Shown here one piece after another: positions 1 to 7,930 of a stretch of 64,000 nucleotides of DNA. The position numbers and the translations under genes are program-made. Each line of letters begins with the position of its first letter. Positions within the stretch are counted from its first letter, which is position 1. The stretch comes from a phage. The stretch lies in assembly GCA_037574385.1 (NCBI GenBank), contig GCA_037574385.1_4529.1, one strand, 5' to 3'. The notes below the pieces were generated by a model. That model ran no database searches, was not told where the DNA came from, and saw only the letters and a program-made list of their open reading frames with translations.

Positions 1-33
1 GCTCATGCAATATATTGAATTTGCACGATCTTG

Positions 34-67
34 TAGGCCGGATAAGGCGTTCACGCCGCATCCGGCA
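34..67. repeat. REP-like palindromic unit (enterobacterial intergenic repeat)
   Basis: GC-rich imperfect palindrome gccggataaggcgttcacgccgcatccggc in host-like intergenic DNA. Confidence 0.5.
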
Positions 68-124
68 TGAATAAAGCGCACTTTGTCGACAAGTTAAATG
101 CCGGGTTTAATCCCGACATTATTT

Positions 125-1006
125 TTATCCAGCCACAAAACTCTCTTCAACACACTGAATAAAAGTGTGCATCGCCGGGCTAACCGCTTTTCCAGCATGG
201 TGTGCGCACATGGCCGTAATGGTCTGCGACTGTTCGCCAAAAGGCAATTCAATTAATTCTCCGCTCTCAAGCTCTTTTTCCACCGCAAAGCGGGGCAAGT
301 AACTGACACCGATATTCGCCGCGACACAACGTTTGATACTTTCAATGCTTAACAGCTCAATGGTGTTTTCCACCGTGATCCGCCGCTGACGCAGCGTGCT
401 CTCAAATATCTGCCGGAAGACACATTGCGGTTCGTTGATAATAAAGCTACAGGCGTTATGTCTTCCCGGCTCAGTAAAATCGACATCTGCAATTTGCGGT
501 GAAGCCACCAGCACCAGCGATTGTTCACCCAACTCTCGTCGGTTCAGGGCATCATCATTCCCTACGCGATAAAAGACGCCGACATCGGCCTCATCATTCA
601 GTAGCGCATCACGGATCACGTAACAGTTCAGCGACTGCAACGATAAACGCACTTTTGGTGCGCGTTGCCGAAAACGCTGCAACACCTGCGGCATTCGGTA
701 AGAGAGCAACGTTTCGCCCGAAACAACGCGTAGTTCCCCGTCCGGATCTGACTCCTTTTTGGCAGCCTCACGAAGCGTATCCATCACTCGGGTAAGTTCA
801 TAAATGTGCGGCAGCAACTTTTTTCCTTCGCGGGTAAGGCACATCCGTCGGCCAATTTTCTCAAATAACTGGACTGAAAACTCCTGCTCAAGCTGCTGAA
901 TATGAAAAGTCACCGTCGATTGTGTACAGCACAATTTTTGCGAAGCTCGCAAAAAGGAACCCTCTTCCACCACGGTTTTAAGCGTAATAAAACGGCGCAG
1001 ATCCAT
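125..1006 (-). CDS. yfiE: LysR-family transcriptional regulator (start taken at MDLRRFITL, internal to the ORF-track ORF)
   Basis: N-terminal HTH (LRRFITLKTVVEEGSFLRASQKLCCTQSTV) plus LysR substrate-binding-like C-terminus; divergent from eamB as in E. coli; ~50% GC. Confidence 0.75.
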   Translation of the reverse strand: MDLRRFITLKTVVEEGSFLRASQKLCCTQSTVTFHIQQLEQEFSVQLFEKIGRRMCLTREGKKLLPHIYELTRVMDTLREAAKKESDPDGELRVVSGETLLSYRMPQVLQRFRQRAPKVRLSLQSLNCYVIRDALLNDEADVGVFYRVGNDDALNRRELGEQSLVLVASPQIADVDFTEPGRHNACSFIINEPQCVFRQIFESTLRQRRITVENTIELLSIESIKRCVAANIGVSYLPRFAVEKELESGELIELPFGEQSQTITAMCAHHAGKAVSPAMHTFIQCVEESFVAG

Positions 1007-1108
1007 AACCCCAAACCTATCGAAAATATCGAATCTAGAATATAAAAACATTCATTTTTTTAAATGTTCCGTGTCGGGTACTGTCTACCAAAACAGAGGA
1101 GATAACAA

Positions 1109-1696
1109 GTGACACCGACCCTTTTAAGTGCTTTTTGGACTTACACCCTGATTACCGCTATGACGCCAGGACCGAACAATATTCTCGCCCTTAGCTCTGC
1201 TACGTCGCATGGATTTCGTCAAAGTACCCGCGTGCTGGCAGGGATGAGTCTGGGATTTTTGATTGTGATGTTACTGTGTGCGGGCATTTCATTTTCACTG
1301 GCAGTGATTGACCCGGCAGCGGTACACCTTTTGAGTTGGGCGGGGGCGGCATATATTGTCTGGCTGGCGTGGAAAATCGCCACCAGCCCAACAAAGGAAG
1401 ACGGACTTCAGGCAAAACCAATCAGCTTTTGGGCCAGCTTTGCTTTGCAGTTTGTGAACGTCAAAATCATTTTGTACGGTGTTACGGCACTGTCGACGTT
1501 TGTTCTGCCGCAAACACAGGCGCTAAGCTGGGTAGTTGGCGTCAGCGTTTTGCTGGCGATGATTGGGACGTTTGGCAATGTGTGCTGGGCGCTGGCGGGG
1601 CATCTGTTTCAGCGATTGTTTCGCCAGTATGGTCGCCAGTTAAATATCGTGCTTGCCCTGTTGCTGGTCTATTGCGCGGTACGCATTTTCTATTAA
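1109..1696 (+). CDS. eamB: LysE/RhtB-family cysteine/O-acetylserine exporter EamB (YfiK), GTG start
   Basis: 195 aa multi-TM protein; sequence recognised as E. coli EamB; RBS GAGGAGA upstream. Confidence 0.85.
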   Translation: MTPTLLSAFWTYTLITAMTPGPNNILALSSATSHGFRQSTRVLAGMSLGFLIVMLLCAGISFSLAVIDPAAVHLLSWAGAAYIVWLAWKIATSPTKEDGLQAKPISFWASFALQFVNVKIILYGVTALSTFVLPQTQALSWVVGVSVLLAMIGTFGNVCWALAGHLFQRLFRQYGRQLNIVLALLLVYCAVRIFY

Positions 1697-1704
1697 CGAA
1701 AAAA

Positions 1705-1730
1705 AGCGGAAGAGGTCGCCCTCTTCCGCT
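1705..1730. terminator. Bidirectional rho-independent terminator between convergent eamB and grcA
   Basis: Perfect hairpin agcggaagagg-tcgc-cctcttccgct flanked by A-run and T-rich sequence. Confidence 0.6.
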
Positions 1731-1751
1731 TAGTAACTTGCTACTTAAGCC

Positions 1752-2114
1752 TTACAGGCTTTCAGTAAAGGTACGAGCGATAACGTCGCGCTGCTGTTCC
1801 GGAGTCAGAGAGTTAAAGCGAACTGCATAACCGGATACACGGATGGTCAGCTGCGGATATTTTTCCGGATGCTTAACTGCATCTTCCAGAGTTTCGCGAC
1901 GCAGAACGTTAACGTTCAGGTGTTGACCACCTTCAATTTTAACTTTAGGTTGATGTTCAATTTCAATTTCACGGGCATTCAAACCGTAGAAAATTTCTGG
2001 GTCTACAATAGCGTCTTCTTTAAAAGCCTTAGAGACAATAATCCGGGCTTGAGTACCGTCTTCAAAATAAATAGTGCCTTTATGTGCACCTTCAAGAATT
2101 TGATATGCTTTCAT
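1752..2114 (-). CDS. grcA: Autonomous glycyl-radical cofactor GrcA/YfiD family; chimeric: C-terminal half host-type, N-terminal half phage-type (T4 Y06I-like)
   Basis: C-terminus [59 protein letters not shown] matches E. coli GrcA with glycyl-radical motif RVSGY; N-terminal 58 aa diverged and encoded by AT-rich DNA. Confidence 0.8.
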   Translation of the reverse strand: MKAYQILEGAHKGTIYFEDGTQARIIVSKAFKEDAIVDPEIFYGLNAREIEIEHQPKVKIEGGQHLNVNVLRRETLEDAVKHPEKYPQLTIRVSGYAVRFNSLTPEQQRDVIARTFTESL

Positions 2115-2120
2115 ATAACC

Positions 2121-2429
2121 TCAATTAGAAAATAAATTTATCCAAGTTTTTTCTTTAATCAAAAATGGGTCGGAATTAAACGCCATTAAACTTTGAGTGA
2201 TTAATCCCTTAAATGGTCCATCAATAAATTCCATTTTGAAATGTGGAATACTAGTCATCAGTCGTGCATTAGGAGCAGTACAAAGAACCTGCTGCCCTGC
2301 GAACGGTCCTTTAGTCAAACGATATCGTTTAGGTTTAAAATGGTAAATCTCGTAATTTTCTACAAGGGCCCTTTTATTGCATACTGGGCTGTTATAACAA
2401 TACTCAAAAACTTCAATAGTGGTCATCAT
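2121..2429 (-). CDS. Hypothetical phage protein (102 aa; start at MMTTIEV, ATGA overlap with upstream stop)
   Basis: ORF in early-gene orientation; start overlaps stop of 2426..2965 (translational coupling). Confidence 0.45.
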   Translation of the reverse strand: MMTTIEVFEYCYNSPVCNKRALVENYEIYHFKPKRYRLTKGPFAGQQVLCTAPNARLMTSIPHFKMEFIDGPFKGLITQSLMAFNSDPFLIKEKTWINLFSN

Positions 2430-2965
2430 TGCATTCCAATCACAAAAAATTGAGGACGAGCAATACCGCCGTTGCAATATTTGCTTTTACAGCAGTGTTG
2501 GACTGTTTTAATATGGACATTGTAAATCTTATCCATATCAGGAGCTTTAATAGGCTCGTCAATTATATACAGAATACGAGAAAGCGTTAATCCACGGAAT
2601 TTAGAACCTTCATTGCCAATAAAACTACGAACAGAATCAGTAAATAAACGGAATCGAATATCGTCGCTAGAATAACGAGAAAATTCTTTTTTAATGTTGC
2701 CAACAGAAATTTTAGCATAAGCTGAAGTATTAGAAAGAACAATAACTGTTCCACCATCATACAGCCAATTAACAGCAAAATTAGTTACTGCAGTTGATTT
2801 ACCTGATTGTCTGCCGCCGTCTAAACGAAGTGTACAGTACTGCTTGAGTACATCTTCAAATGGTGGGACATAACCGTTCTTACAAATTTCTTCTACTCTA
2901 GCATCAGAATGGTGTGTAAAAGCATTCATCAGGGATAGATAAGGTCCAGTTAAAAACGTTCTCAT
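2426..2965 (-). CDS. P-loop NTPase of unknown function
   Basis: Walker A GGRQSGKST and Walker B-like ILYIIDEP. Confidence 0.55.
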   Translation of the reverse strand: MRTFLTGPYLSLMNAFTHHSDARVEEICKNGYVPPFEDVLKQYCTLRLDGGRQSGKSTAVTNFAVNWLYDGGTVIVLSNTSAYAKISVGNIKKEFSRYSSDDIRFRLFTDSVRSFIGNEGSKFRGLTLSRILYIIDEPIKAPDMDKIYNVHIKTVQHCCKSKYCNGGIARPQFFVIGMQ

Positions 2966-3138
2966 TTAGTTTCTCTTAAGGTTGGGGCCATTCCATGGCA
3001 CATGTTAGGTCCTTCGACTCACTATGTAAACCCATTACCGCACTTGGGCTCGACCTTATTACAGGTTGGAAAAGGTACATCACTCAGAGGACTCGACGTT
3101 CATGAGGAGAGGTTGCGTTTCCCTTTATTAGGCAAGAA

Positions 3139-3468
3139 TTATACTCTAGGCTTTTGAGCTTGTTTGGTATTGGATTCCCACGCTGCTTTGGTAATTTTGT
3201 TAGCGGCATAGCCAAAGGCATTAGATAGAACACCTTTAGAGTTGAATACATCCAATCCAATAAGTACACCGGCTGCGTTAAATTTAGGAGCAAAGTACGC
3301 ATTAGTTTTAGAAAGAGCTTTTTTCAATTCAGGGTCTTGAACCAAGCCATCAAAAACGCCTTTACTATTTACTTTATATGTTACTTTGGGATTTTTACCT
3401 TCTTCGATAGCAGCTTTCTGTTCCGCAGATAATGTAACTTCAGTGATAAACTCTTGATATGTTTTCAT
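3139..3468 (-). CDS. Capsid-targeted internal protein candidate (CTS-bearing), 109 aa
   Basis: N-terminus MKTYQEFITE matches the T4 internal-protein capsid-targeting sequence (MKTYQEFIAE). Confidence 0.6.
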   Translation of the reverse strand: MKTYQEFITEVTLSAEQKAAIEEGKNPKVTYKVNSKGVFDGLVQDPELKKALSKTNAYFAPKFNAAGVLIGLDVFNSKGVLSNAFGYAANKITKAAWESNTKQAQKPRV

Positions 3469-3509
3469 ATGTTTCCTTTAAATGTAAATAGGCCTAAGTA
3501 TAGGCCTTA

Positions 3510-4088
3510 TTAATTACCACGGGCTGCATTAGCAACGGCGTAAGCGTACTGAACATTAGCGTCTTTAAACGTACCTTTAGAGGTATCTATTTCTGCCTTA
3601 AAGCCGCCTTTAGCCATAACATCGGCAAATTCTTTACGGAAAGCCATTGCGTCAAGACCTTTCCATGATGATTTATGCTTGGCAAATTCAAGACCAGCGT
3701 AGTTGACAGCTTTAGCCAATTTATTATCAATGACCCATTTACCTGCTTTAGGCACAAACTTCGGGCCTTTTTGTTTAGAGAACAGTTTTAAATTCCAGCG
3801 ACGAAGGTCACTGTCGGCTTTAACAAAAGCTGCGTCTAAGTTACTAGCAACAACATCTTCAATATGAGCAAATTTAAGACCATCAACTTCAATATTTAGA
3901 TCGTTACGCCAGCGAAGTCCTTCCCAAGCGAAGGCTTTAAAGTCGGAAGCCTTTGTAGCTAAGTACCGTTCAATAGGAGCAGTTTTAGGGTCAAAGCCGT
4001 TTCCGCCACGATAATTCCACTCGTCCTTATTAATGCCTTGGACTTTTCCTGCAAAGGCCTCGGCGATAAATTCTTTATATGTTTTCAT
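3510..4088 (-). CDS. Capsid-targeted internal protein candidate, 192 aa (size of T4 IPIII); start at internal MKTYKEFIAEA
   Basis: CTS MKTYKEFIAE preceded by RBS AAGGAAAC; ORF-track ORF extends 14 codons upstream. Confidence 0.6.
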   Translation of the reverse strand: MKTYKEFIAEAFAGKVQGINKDEWNYRGGNGFDPKTAPIERYLATKASDFKAFAWEGLRWRNDLNIEVDGLKFAHIEDVVASNLDAAFVKADSDLRRWNLKLFSKQKGPKFVPKAGKWVIDNKLAKAVNYAGLEFAKHKSSWKGLDAMAFRKEFADVMAKGGFKAEIDTSKGTFKDANVQYAYAVANAARGN

Positions 4089-4153
4089 TTTTGTTTCCTT
4101 GTTTGTTTTGATAGAGTAATTATACCCCATATTAATACTTAAGCGTAAACAAT

Positions 4154-4414
4154 TTAAGCTTTACCGCCAGAAATAATTCCGAAGTTGTTAAAATCGTATC
4201 CAATATCGTCAGCATCTACTTTAGGGCTTGCTACAACATAAGCAATTTCACGACGTTTTGCATAGGTGTTGATTTCTTTACCATCGCCACCTAAGAAAGA
4301 ATACCCATTACGTTTTAATGAGCCAAAGTCTTCGGCATCACCAACGAAAGCTTTAACTTTAAATTTGGGGTCTTTGGCATCTGCTTCAGTGATAAATTCT
4401 TGATACATTTTCAT
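4154..4414 (-). CDS. Capsid-targeted internal protein candidate, 86 aa; start at internal MKMYQEFITEA
   Basis: CTS-like N-terminus MKMYQEFITE with RBS AAGGAAAAA; immediately downstream of denV. Confidence 0.6.
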   Translation of the reverse strand: MKMYQEFITEADAKDPKFKVKAFVGDAEDFGSLKRNGYSFLGGDGKEINTYAKRREIAYVVASPKVDADDIGYDFNNFGIISGGKA

Positions 4415-4421
4415 TTTTTCC

Positions 4422-4835
4422 TTAGTAAATTGATTTACCATAGTATTTGTACCAAGTCGGACGTTGAGCAATTTTTTCATCTAAGCGTGCTTGACTTATC
4501 GCAATGGACGCTTCGGACGGGACATAATTATTACGAAATTCGGCAGGGATGTCGGAAATATCCTGGACTGTCGTGTCCTTTATTTTGAAACCACGTTTCA
4601 AACATTCAGCGATTAGCTCGATTTGACGTAAACGTAAAAATTCGAGTTTGTCATAAAAGAATGTTACGTGACCTGTGCCTAAGATAAATGTTGGAGAGAT
4701 TTTAAAATCTTTTACACGTTTACCGTTTTGGACATGTTTACGGACTGCACCAAATACGCGTGGTAATTCACGATACTCAGCCATAAGATGTTGGTCGGTC
4801 AGTTCAGAAACAAGTGTTAAATTGATACGAGTCAT
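4422..4835 (-). CDS. denV: Endonuclease V (pyrimidine-dimer DNA glycosylase/AP lyase), start at MTRINLTLV
   Basis: Near-identical over full length to T4 DenV as recalled ([12 protein letters not shown]...[10 protein letters not shown]); RBS GGAGGAAATT. Confidence 0.9.
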   Translation of the reverse strand: MTRINLTLVSELTDQHLMAEYRELPRVFGAVRKHVQNGKRVKDFKISPTFILGTGHVTFFYDKLEFLRLRQIELIAECLKRGFKIKDTTVQDISDIPAEFRNNYVPSEASIAISQARLDEKIAQRPTWYKYYGKSIY

Positions 4836-4863
4836 AATTTCCTCCAAGTAGTTGATAGATGTA

Positions 4864-4893
4864 TAGTATCAAAACCCTTGGAGGAAGTAAACA
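4864..4893 (-). promoter_or_regulatory. T4-type early promoter (-35 GTTTAC, N18, extended -10 TGnTACTAT) upstream of denV
   Basis: Minus-strand GTTTAC...TGATACTAT in the 58-bp gap upstream of denV. Confidence 0.5.
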
Positions 4894-5175
4894 CTATTTT
4901 TCTGAAGCGCCTGAAATATATTTTTCAAGACGTTGTTTCATCAGCGAGCCGTTCTTAGCGATTTCTTCCGGTTTATCGCACATACGCAACAAGGCTTCAA
5001 GCTTAACGATATCGCTGGTACGTTCAAATTTGCGAGTATCTATCTTACTAGCAAGTTCAGAAATACGTGCTAATAGACTTTCAGCTTCAACCAAAGCTGC
5101 ACCTAGCTTAGTTGCAAATGTGTCAGTAGCTTCGTTAAGAATAGATTCTGATAAAAATTCACTATATGTTTTCAT
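4894..5175 (-). CDS. Capsid-targeted internal protein candidate, 93 aa; start at [10 protein letters not shown]
   Basis: CTS-like N-terminus; its ATG overlaps the TGA stop of gene e (ATGA coupling); sits at the T4 ipII/ipIII position. Confidence 0.6.
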   Translation of the reverse strand: MKTYSEFLSESILNEATDTFATKLGAALVEAESLLARISELASKIDTRKFERTSDIVKLEALLRMCDKPEEIAKNGSLMKQRLEKYISGASEK

Positions 5176-5660
5176 ATATACGCTTTCCAAGTTCCTGTTT
5201 TAAATGTTGAGATTACGCGTTTCGCACGATTAGGTGTCTGACGATACCATTTAGATTGGGCTAGATTTACTGCCGCTTCATCCCAACGTTTCTGTTGAAG
5301 CATACGAAGAGAATTAGTAAAACCAGCAACGCCTGCTACACCCATTTGGAAGACCATATTGACTAATGCACATCGACGAACCGCGTCTAAAGAATCATAC
5401 ACTGGTTTAAGTTTAGCATTACCCAAGATTCCACGAACGGCTTTATCAACATCTTCATTAAATAGCTTTTCAGCCTCATCAAGGGTAATTGTACCGTTGC
5501 ATTTACGACCGATCATTCTATCAAGTTCAGCTTTAGCTACGGCTAAAGACGGGTTCTTTGTTACCAAATGGCCTATGCCAATAGTCCAAAAGCCTTCGGT
5601 GTCTTTGTATAAAGACAGTCTAAGACCTTCGTCATTACGAAGCATTTCAAATATATTCAT
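5172..5660 (-). CDS. e: Phage lysozyme (endolysin, T4 gene e), start at MNIFEMLR
   Basis: Collinear high identity with T4 lysozyme as recalled ([27 protein letters not shown]...[31 protein letters not shown]). Confidence 0.95.
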   Translation of the reverse strand: MNIFEMLRNDEGLRLSLYKDTEGFWTIGIGHLVTKNPSLAVAKAELDRMIGRKCNGTITLDEAEKLFNEDVDKAVRGILGNAKLKPVYDSLDAVRRCALVNMVFQMGVAGVAGFTNSLRMLQQKRWDEAAVNLAQSKWYRQTPNRAKRVISTFKTGTWKAYI

Positions 5661-5694
5661 AATACCTCCCACGTTTATAGGAGGTATTTATTAC

Positions 5695-6153
5695 TTATAG
5701 GATGGTAGTGAGCACCTTATATAATGATTTGCCCATCACATATTCCCATTGAGAAGGTTTAATTAAAGCGAATGCATCAAATTCAGGAATCTGTCGTCCG
5801 TCCGGGAATGTATGATAGGAATTACAAACACTGTTTCTGAATTGCTCGTGCTCTACAGGGATGGTATATTGGAATAGATGAATATTCTTATTGTCTGAGT
5901 AATGATGTTCACCTAGGTCTTTCAGGAAGGCAGGGTCATATTGTGTAAACCCAGTTTCTTCTTCGCATTCACGAATAGCGGCTTCAATAGGAGATTCGCC
6001 AGGTTCGACGCGGCCTTTAGGAATATCCCACCGATGAGCTAAAGAACCTTTAGGACGAGAACCAGTTACACGGCCCATGAATAATTCTTTATCTTCGGTA
6101 AGGAAAATAATACCGGCTGATAGTTCTTTCACTTTATTTTTCTTACTCATCAT
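5695..6153 (-). CDS. nudE: Nudix hydrolase (T4 NudE/e.1-like)
   Basis: Nudix box GRVEPGESPIEAAIRECEEETG; directly downstream of e as in T4. Confidence 0.85.
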   Translation of the reverse strand: MMSKKNKVKELSAGIIFLTEDKELFMGRVTGSRPKGSLAHRWDIPKGRVEPGESPIEAAIRECEEETGFTQYDPAFLKDLGEHHYSDNKNIHLFQYTIPVEHEQFRNSVCNSYHTFPDGRQIPEFDAFALIKPSQWEYVMGKSLYKVLTTIL

Positions 6154-6379
6154 CTCGGTCCCATGATTTGGCCATTAATTCGGACATAAATTCTTCAATG
6201 CGTGTTTCTTTAGATGGACTTTCACTATTAGAGACCGCAAGTTTGTAATCTGCAATAGGACGGAACAAATCAAGGTCCATATTAAGATCGTCTTTGATTT
6301 TTTCTTCTGACACATCTTTATCATATGTGTACAGATAACTATCACACGATTCTGATTTAATGTAAATTGCTATACTCAT
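6143..6379 (-). CDS. Hypothetical small acidic protein (start at second ATG, SD AGGAA)
   Basis: ORF with RBS; ATG overlaps upstream stop. Confidence 0.4.
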   Translation of the reverse strand: MSIAIYIKSESCDSYLYTYDKDVSEEKIKDDLNMDLDLFRPIADYKLAVSNSESPSKETRIEEFMSELMAKSWDRDDE

Positions 6380-6867
6380 CTCAAATTCCTGCATTCGGTA
6401 ATAAAACGTTCAACTTCATTATTCTTGGCCTTTATCTTGTCTTTACGTTCCTGTAAACTACTTTTAACAAGATTAATAATGATGCCTATAGTACCTCCAC
6501 CAATAATACCACCAATAATACTTACGATAGTAGATGCTAATAATATAGCGATAATATCTGGTATGGCAAAGGCACTTACTTTAGTACTAAAAAACCATAC
6601 CGACGGTACAAATATAATCCATCCTGTTATCCATTGGCACTTATTGAAAAACTTTTCAAGCTCAGCTTGAGTTGTTCGTATTACTTCATCGATAGGTTGA
6701 TATCCATTAATGTATCTGTTCACGATAATACCTGCTGGTTGGTCGATTTTAAATTCTTGACAAATACGTTTCACTAAGTAGGATGGACATCCTGTCCAAT
6801 CTACTGAATAGTACGAAATACCTTCATTACCGTCGTCTATATTAGACCAATATGTTTTGTTAATCAT
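6376..6867 (-). CDS. Hypothetical membrane protein (163 aa)
   Basis: Long hydrophobic, Gly/Ile-rich segment WITGWIIFVPSVWFF...IVSIIGGIIGGGTIGIIINLV. Confidence 0.5.
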   Translation of the reverse strand: MINKTYWSNIDDGNEGISYYSVDWTGCPSYLVKRICQEFKIDQPAGIIVNRYINGYQPIDEVIRTTQAELEKFFNKCQWITGWIIFVPSVWFFSTKVSAFAIPDIIAILLASTIVSIIGGIIGGGTIGIIINLVKSSLQERKDKIKAKNNEVERFITECRNLR

Positions 6868-7553
6868 TACCAGCCTTCCATAGGGAATTCCAGATAAACT
6901 TGAGCATTGACACGAATTTCATTGGTAATCTTTTTAACTCGGTCTGTATTACGAGATACACGTCCGAACCAACGCCATCCATTACTAATTGCACGAGAAC
7001 CAGTGTGCCATGTTTGCCAATCAAACTGAAGAAGAGTACGGTCTGGAGCTTCCCATTTCTCTAGTTCACCTTTTTCAATTTTTTCGAGGACTTCTTTGTG
7101 CCACTGGCGATAGATAAGTTCGCCATCAGGAATCTGACTGAACTCTGCAGTTCCTGTTGCAAAATGAGTAGGACACACGTCAGCGTTAACAAGGCCAAGA
7201 ATATGTTCAGACAAATAGCGAGGATTGTCATAATCAGGTTGTCCTGCAGTAATAAAATGTTGACCAACCGGAATATCCGGACGTGGTACATCGTCATGGT
7301 GATAACCTGGGATAGCAGGGTACCAACCAGGCATCAGCATGTGGACTCGTGAATCAAATACTACATCCGAGCCTTTCCAATCGTCAGGGAGATTTTGGAT
7401 AAAGCTACGAGTAATTGGACCGCCGTTATCCCAAGCAAAACTCAAATCACAGTTAAAGAACATTTGTTCATTTTTGATTTGGTCATTTTGTACGTTATGA
7501 GCAAAACCACCTACTGCACGAGCTTGACTATTAAACACTTTAGAACTATTCAT
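6867..7553 (-). CDS. Hypothetical protein (228 aa), no recognisable motif
   Basis: Long ORF in hyperplastic region; His/Asp-rich patches (HHDD, PTHFATG). Confidence 0.5.
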   Translation of the reverse strand: MNSSKVFNSQARAVGGFAHNVQNDQIKNEQMFFNCDLSFAWDNGGPITRSFIQNLPDDWKGSDVVFDSRVHMLMPGWYPAIPGYHHDDVPRPDIPVGQHFITAGQPDYDNPRYLSEHILGLVNADVCPTHFATGTAEFSQIPDGELIYRQWHKEVLEKIEKGELEKWEAPDRTLLQFDWQTWHTGSRAISNGWRWFGRVSRNTDRVKKITNEIRVNAQVYLEFPMEGW

Positions 7554-7554
7554 A

Positions 7555-7860
7555 TTATTTTCCTCGGCATTCTTTAATGAAATTTTCTAGATTGGTAGAT
7601 TCAATAGCTTTTTTACGAGCTTCTGCATGTTCTTCTTCAGACAATTTACATTTATAATTAACCCAGACGTTATGGTCAAAACTAGTCGTGGCATATAATA
7701 ACAAAGCCCCGACGAATAATAAAAATGGTGATAAGAATACAAAACCAGGAACACCATCCATATTGTAAGCCTTTTGTAATACTGCAACAGAAAGAGCTGC
7801 ATAAAAAGGCGATGCAAATATTGTAAAAAGACCAATTCGGTTGGTTTCGCCTAATTTCAT
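7555..7860 (-). CDS. Hypothetical small membrane protein (101 aa)
   Basis: Two predicted TM helices; RBS GAGGAGAAT; follows an early promoter. Confidence 0.5.
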   Translation of the reverse strand: MKLGETNRIGLFTIFASPFYAALSVAVLQKAYNMDGVPGFVFLSPFLLFVGALLLYATTSFDHNVWVNYKCKLSEEEHAEARKKAIESTNLENFIKECRGK

Positions 7861-7888
7861 AATATTCTCCTCATGTTTTAATAGGACT

Positions 7889-7918
7889 ACTATAACATAG
7901 TCCTATAATTGTGTAAAC
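7889..7918 (-). promoter_or_regulatory. T4-type early promoter embedded in a 9-bp inverted repeat (PeSL-like cassette)
   Basis: Minus strand GTTTAC-N18-TGTTATAGT; -10 lies within palindrome ATAGGACTA..TAGTCCTAT; near-identical copies at ~9184 and ~15870. Confidence 0.55.
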
Positions 7919-7930
7919 GGTTTTGTGAAA

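Noticed and set aside
499-795. Plus-strand 98-aa ORF inside the LysR regulator gene
   Set aside because: Antisense shadow ORF within a well-supported gene; Arg/His/Pro-rich low-complexity translation typical of GC-rich reverse frames.
1200-1830. Several overlapping ORFs (1200..1421, 1295..1513, 1336..1830) across eamB
   Set aside because: Alternative-frame or antisense ORFs inside eamB with no RBS and junk-like composition.
4131-4150. Possible MotA-dependent middle promoter upstream of the 3510..4088 CTS gene
   Set aside because: MotA-box match (cGCTTaA) is imperfect and spacing to the TATAAT is ambiguous; not confident enough to list as a feature.
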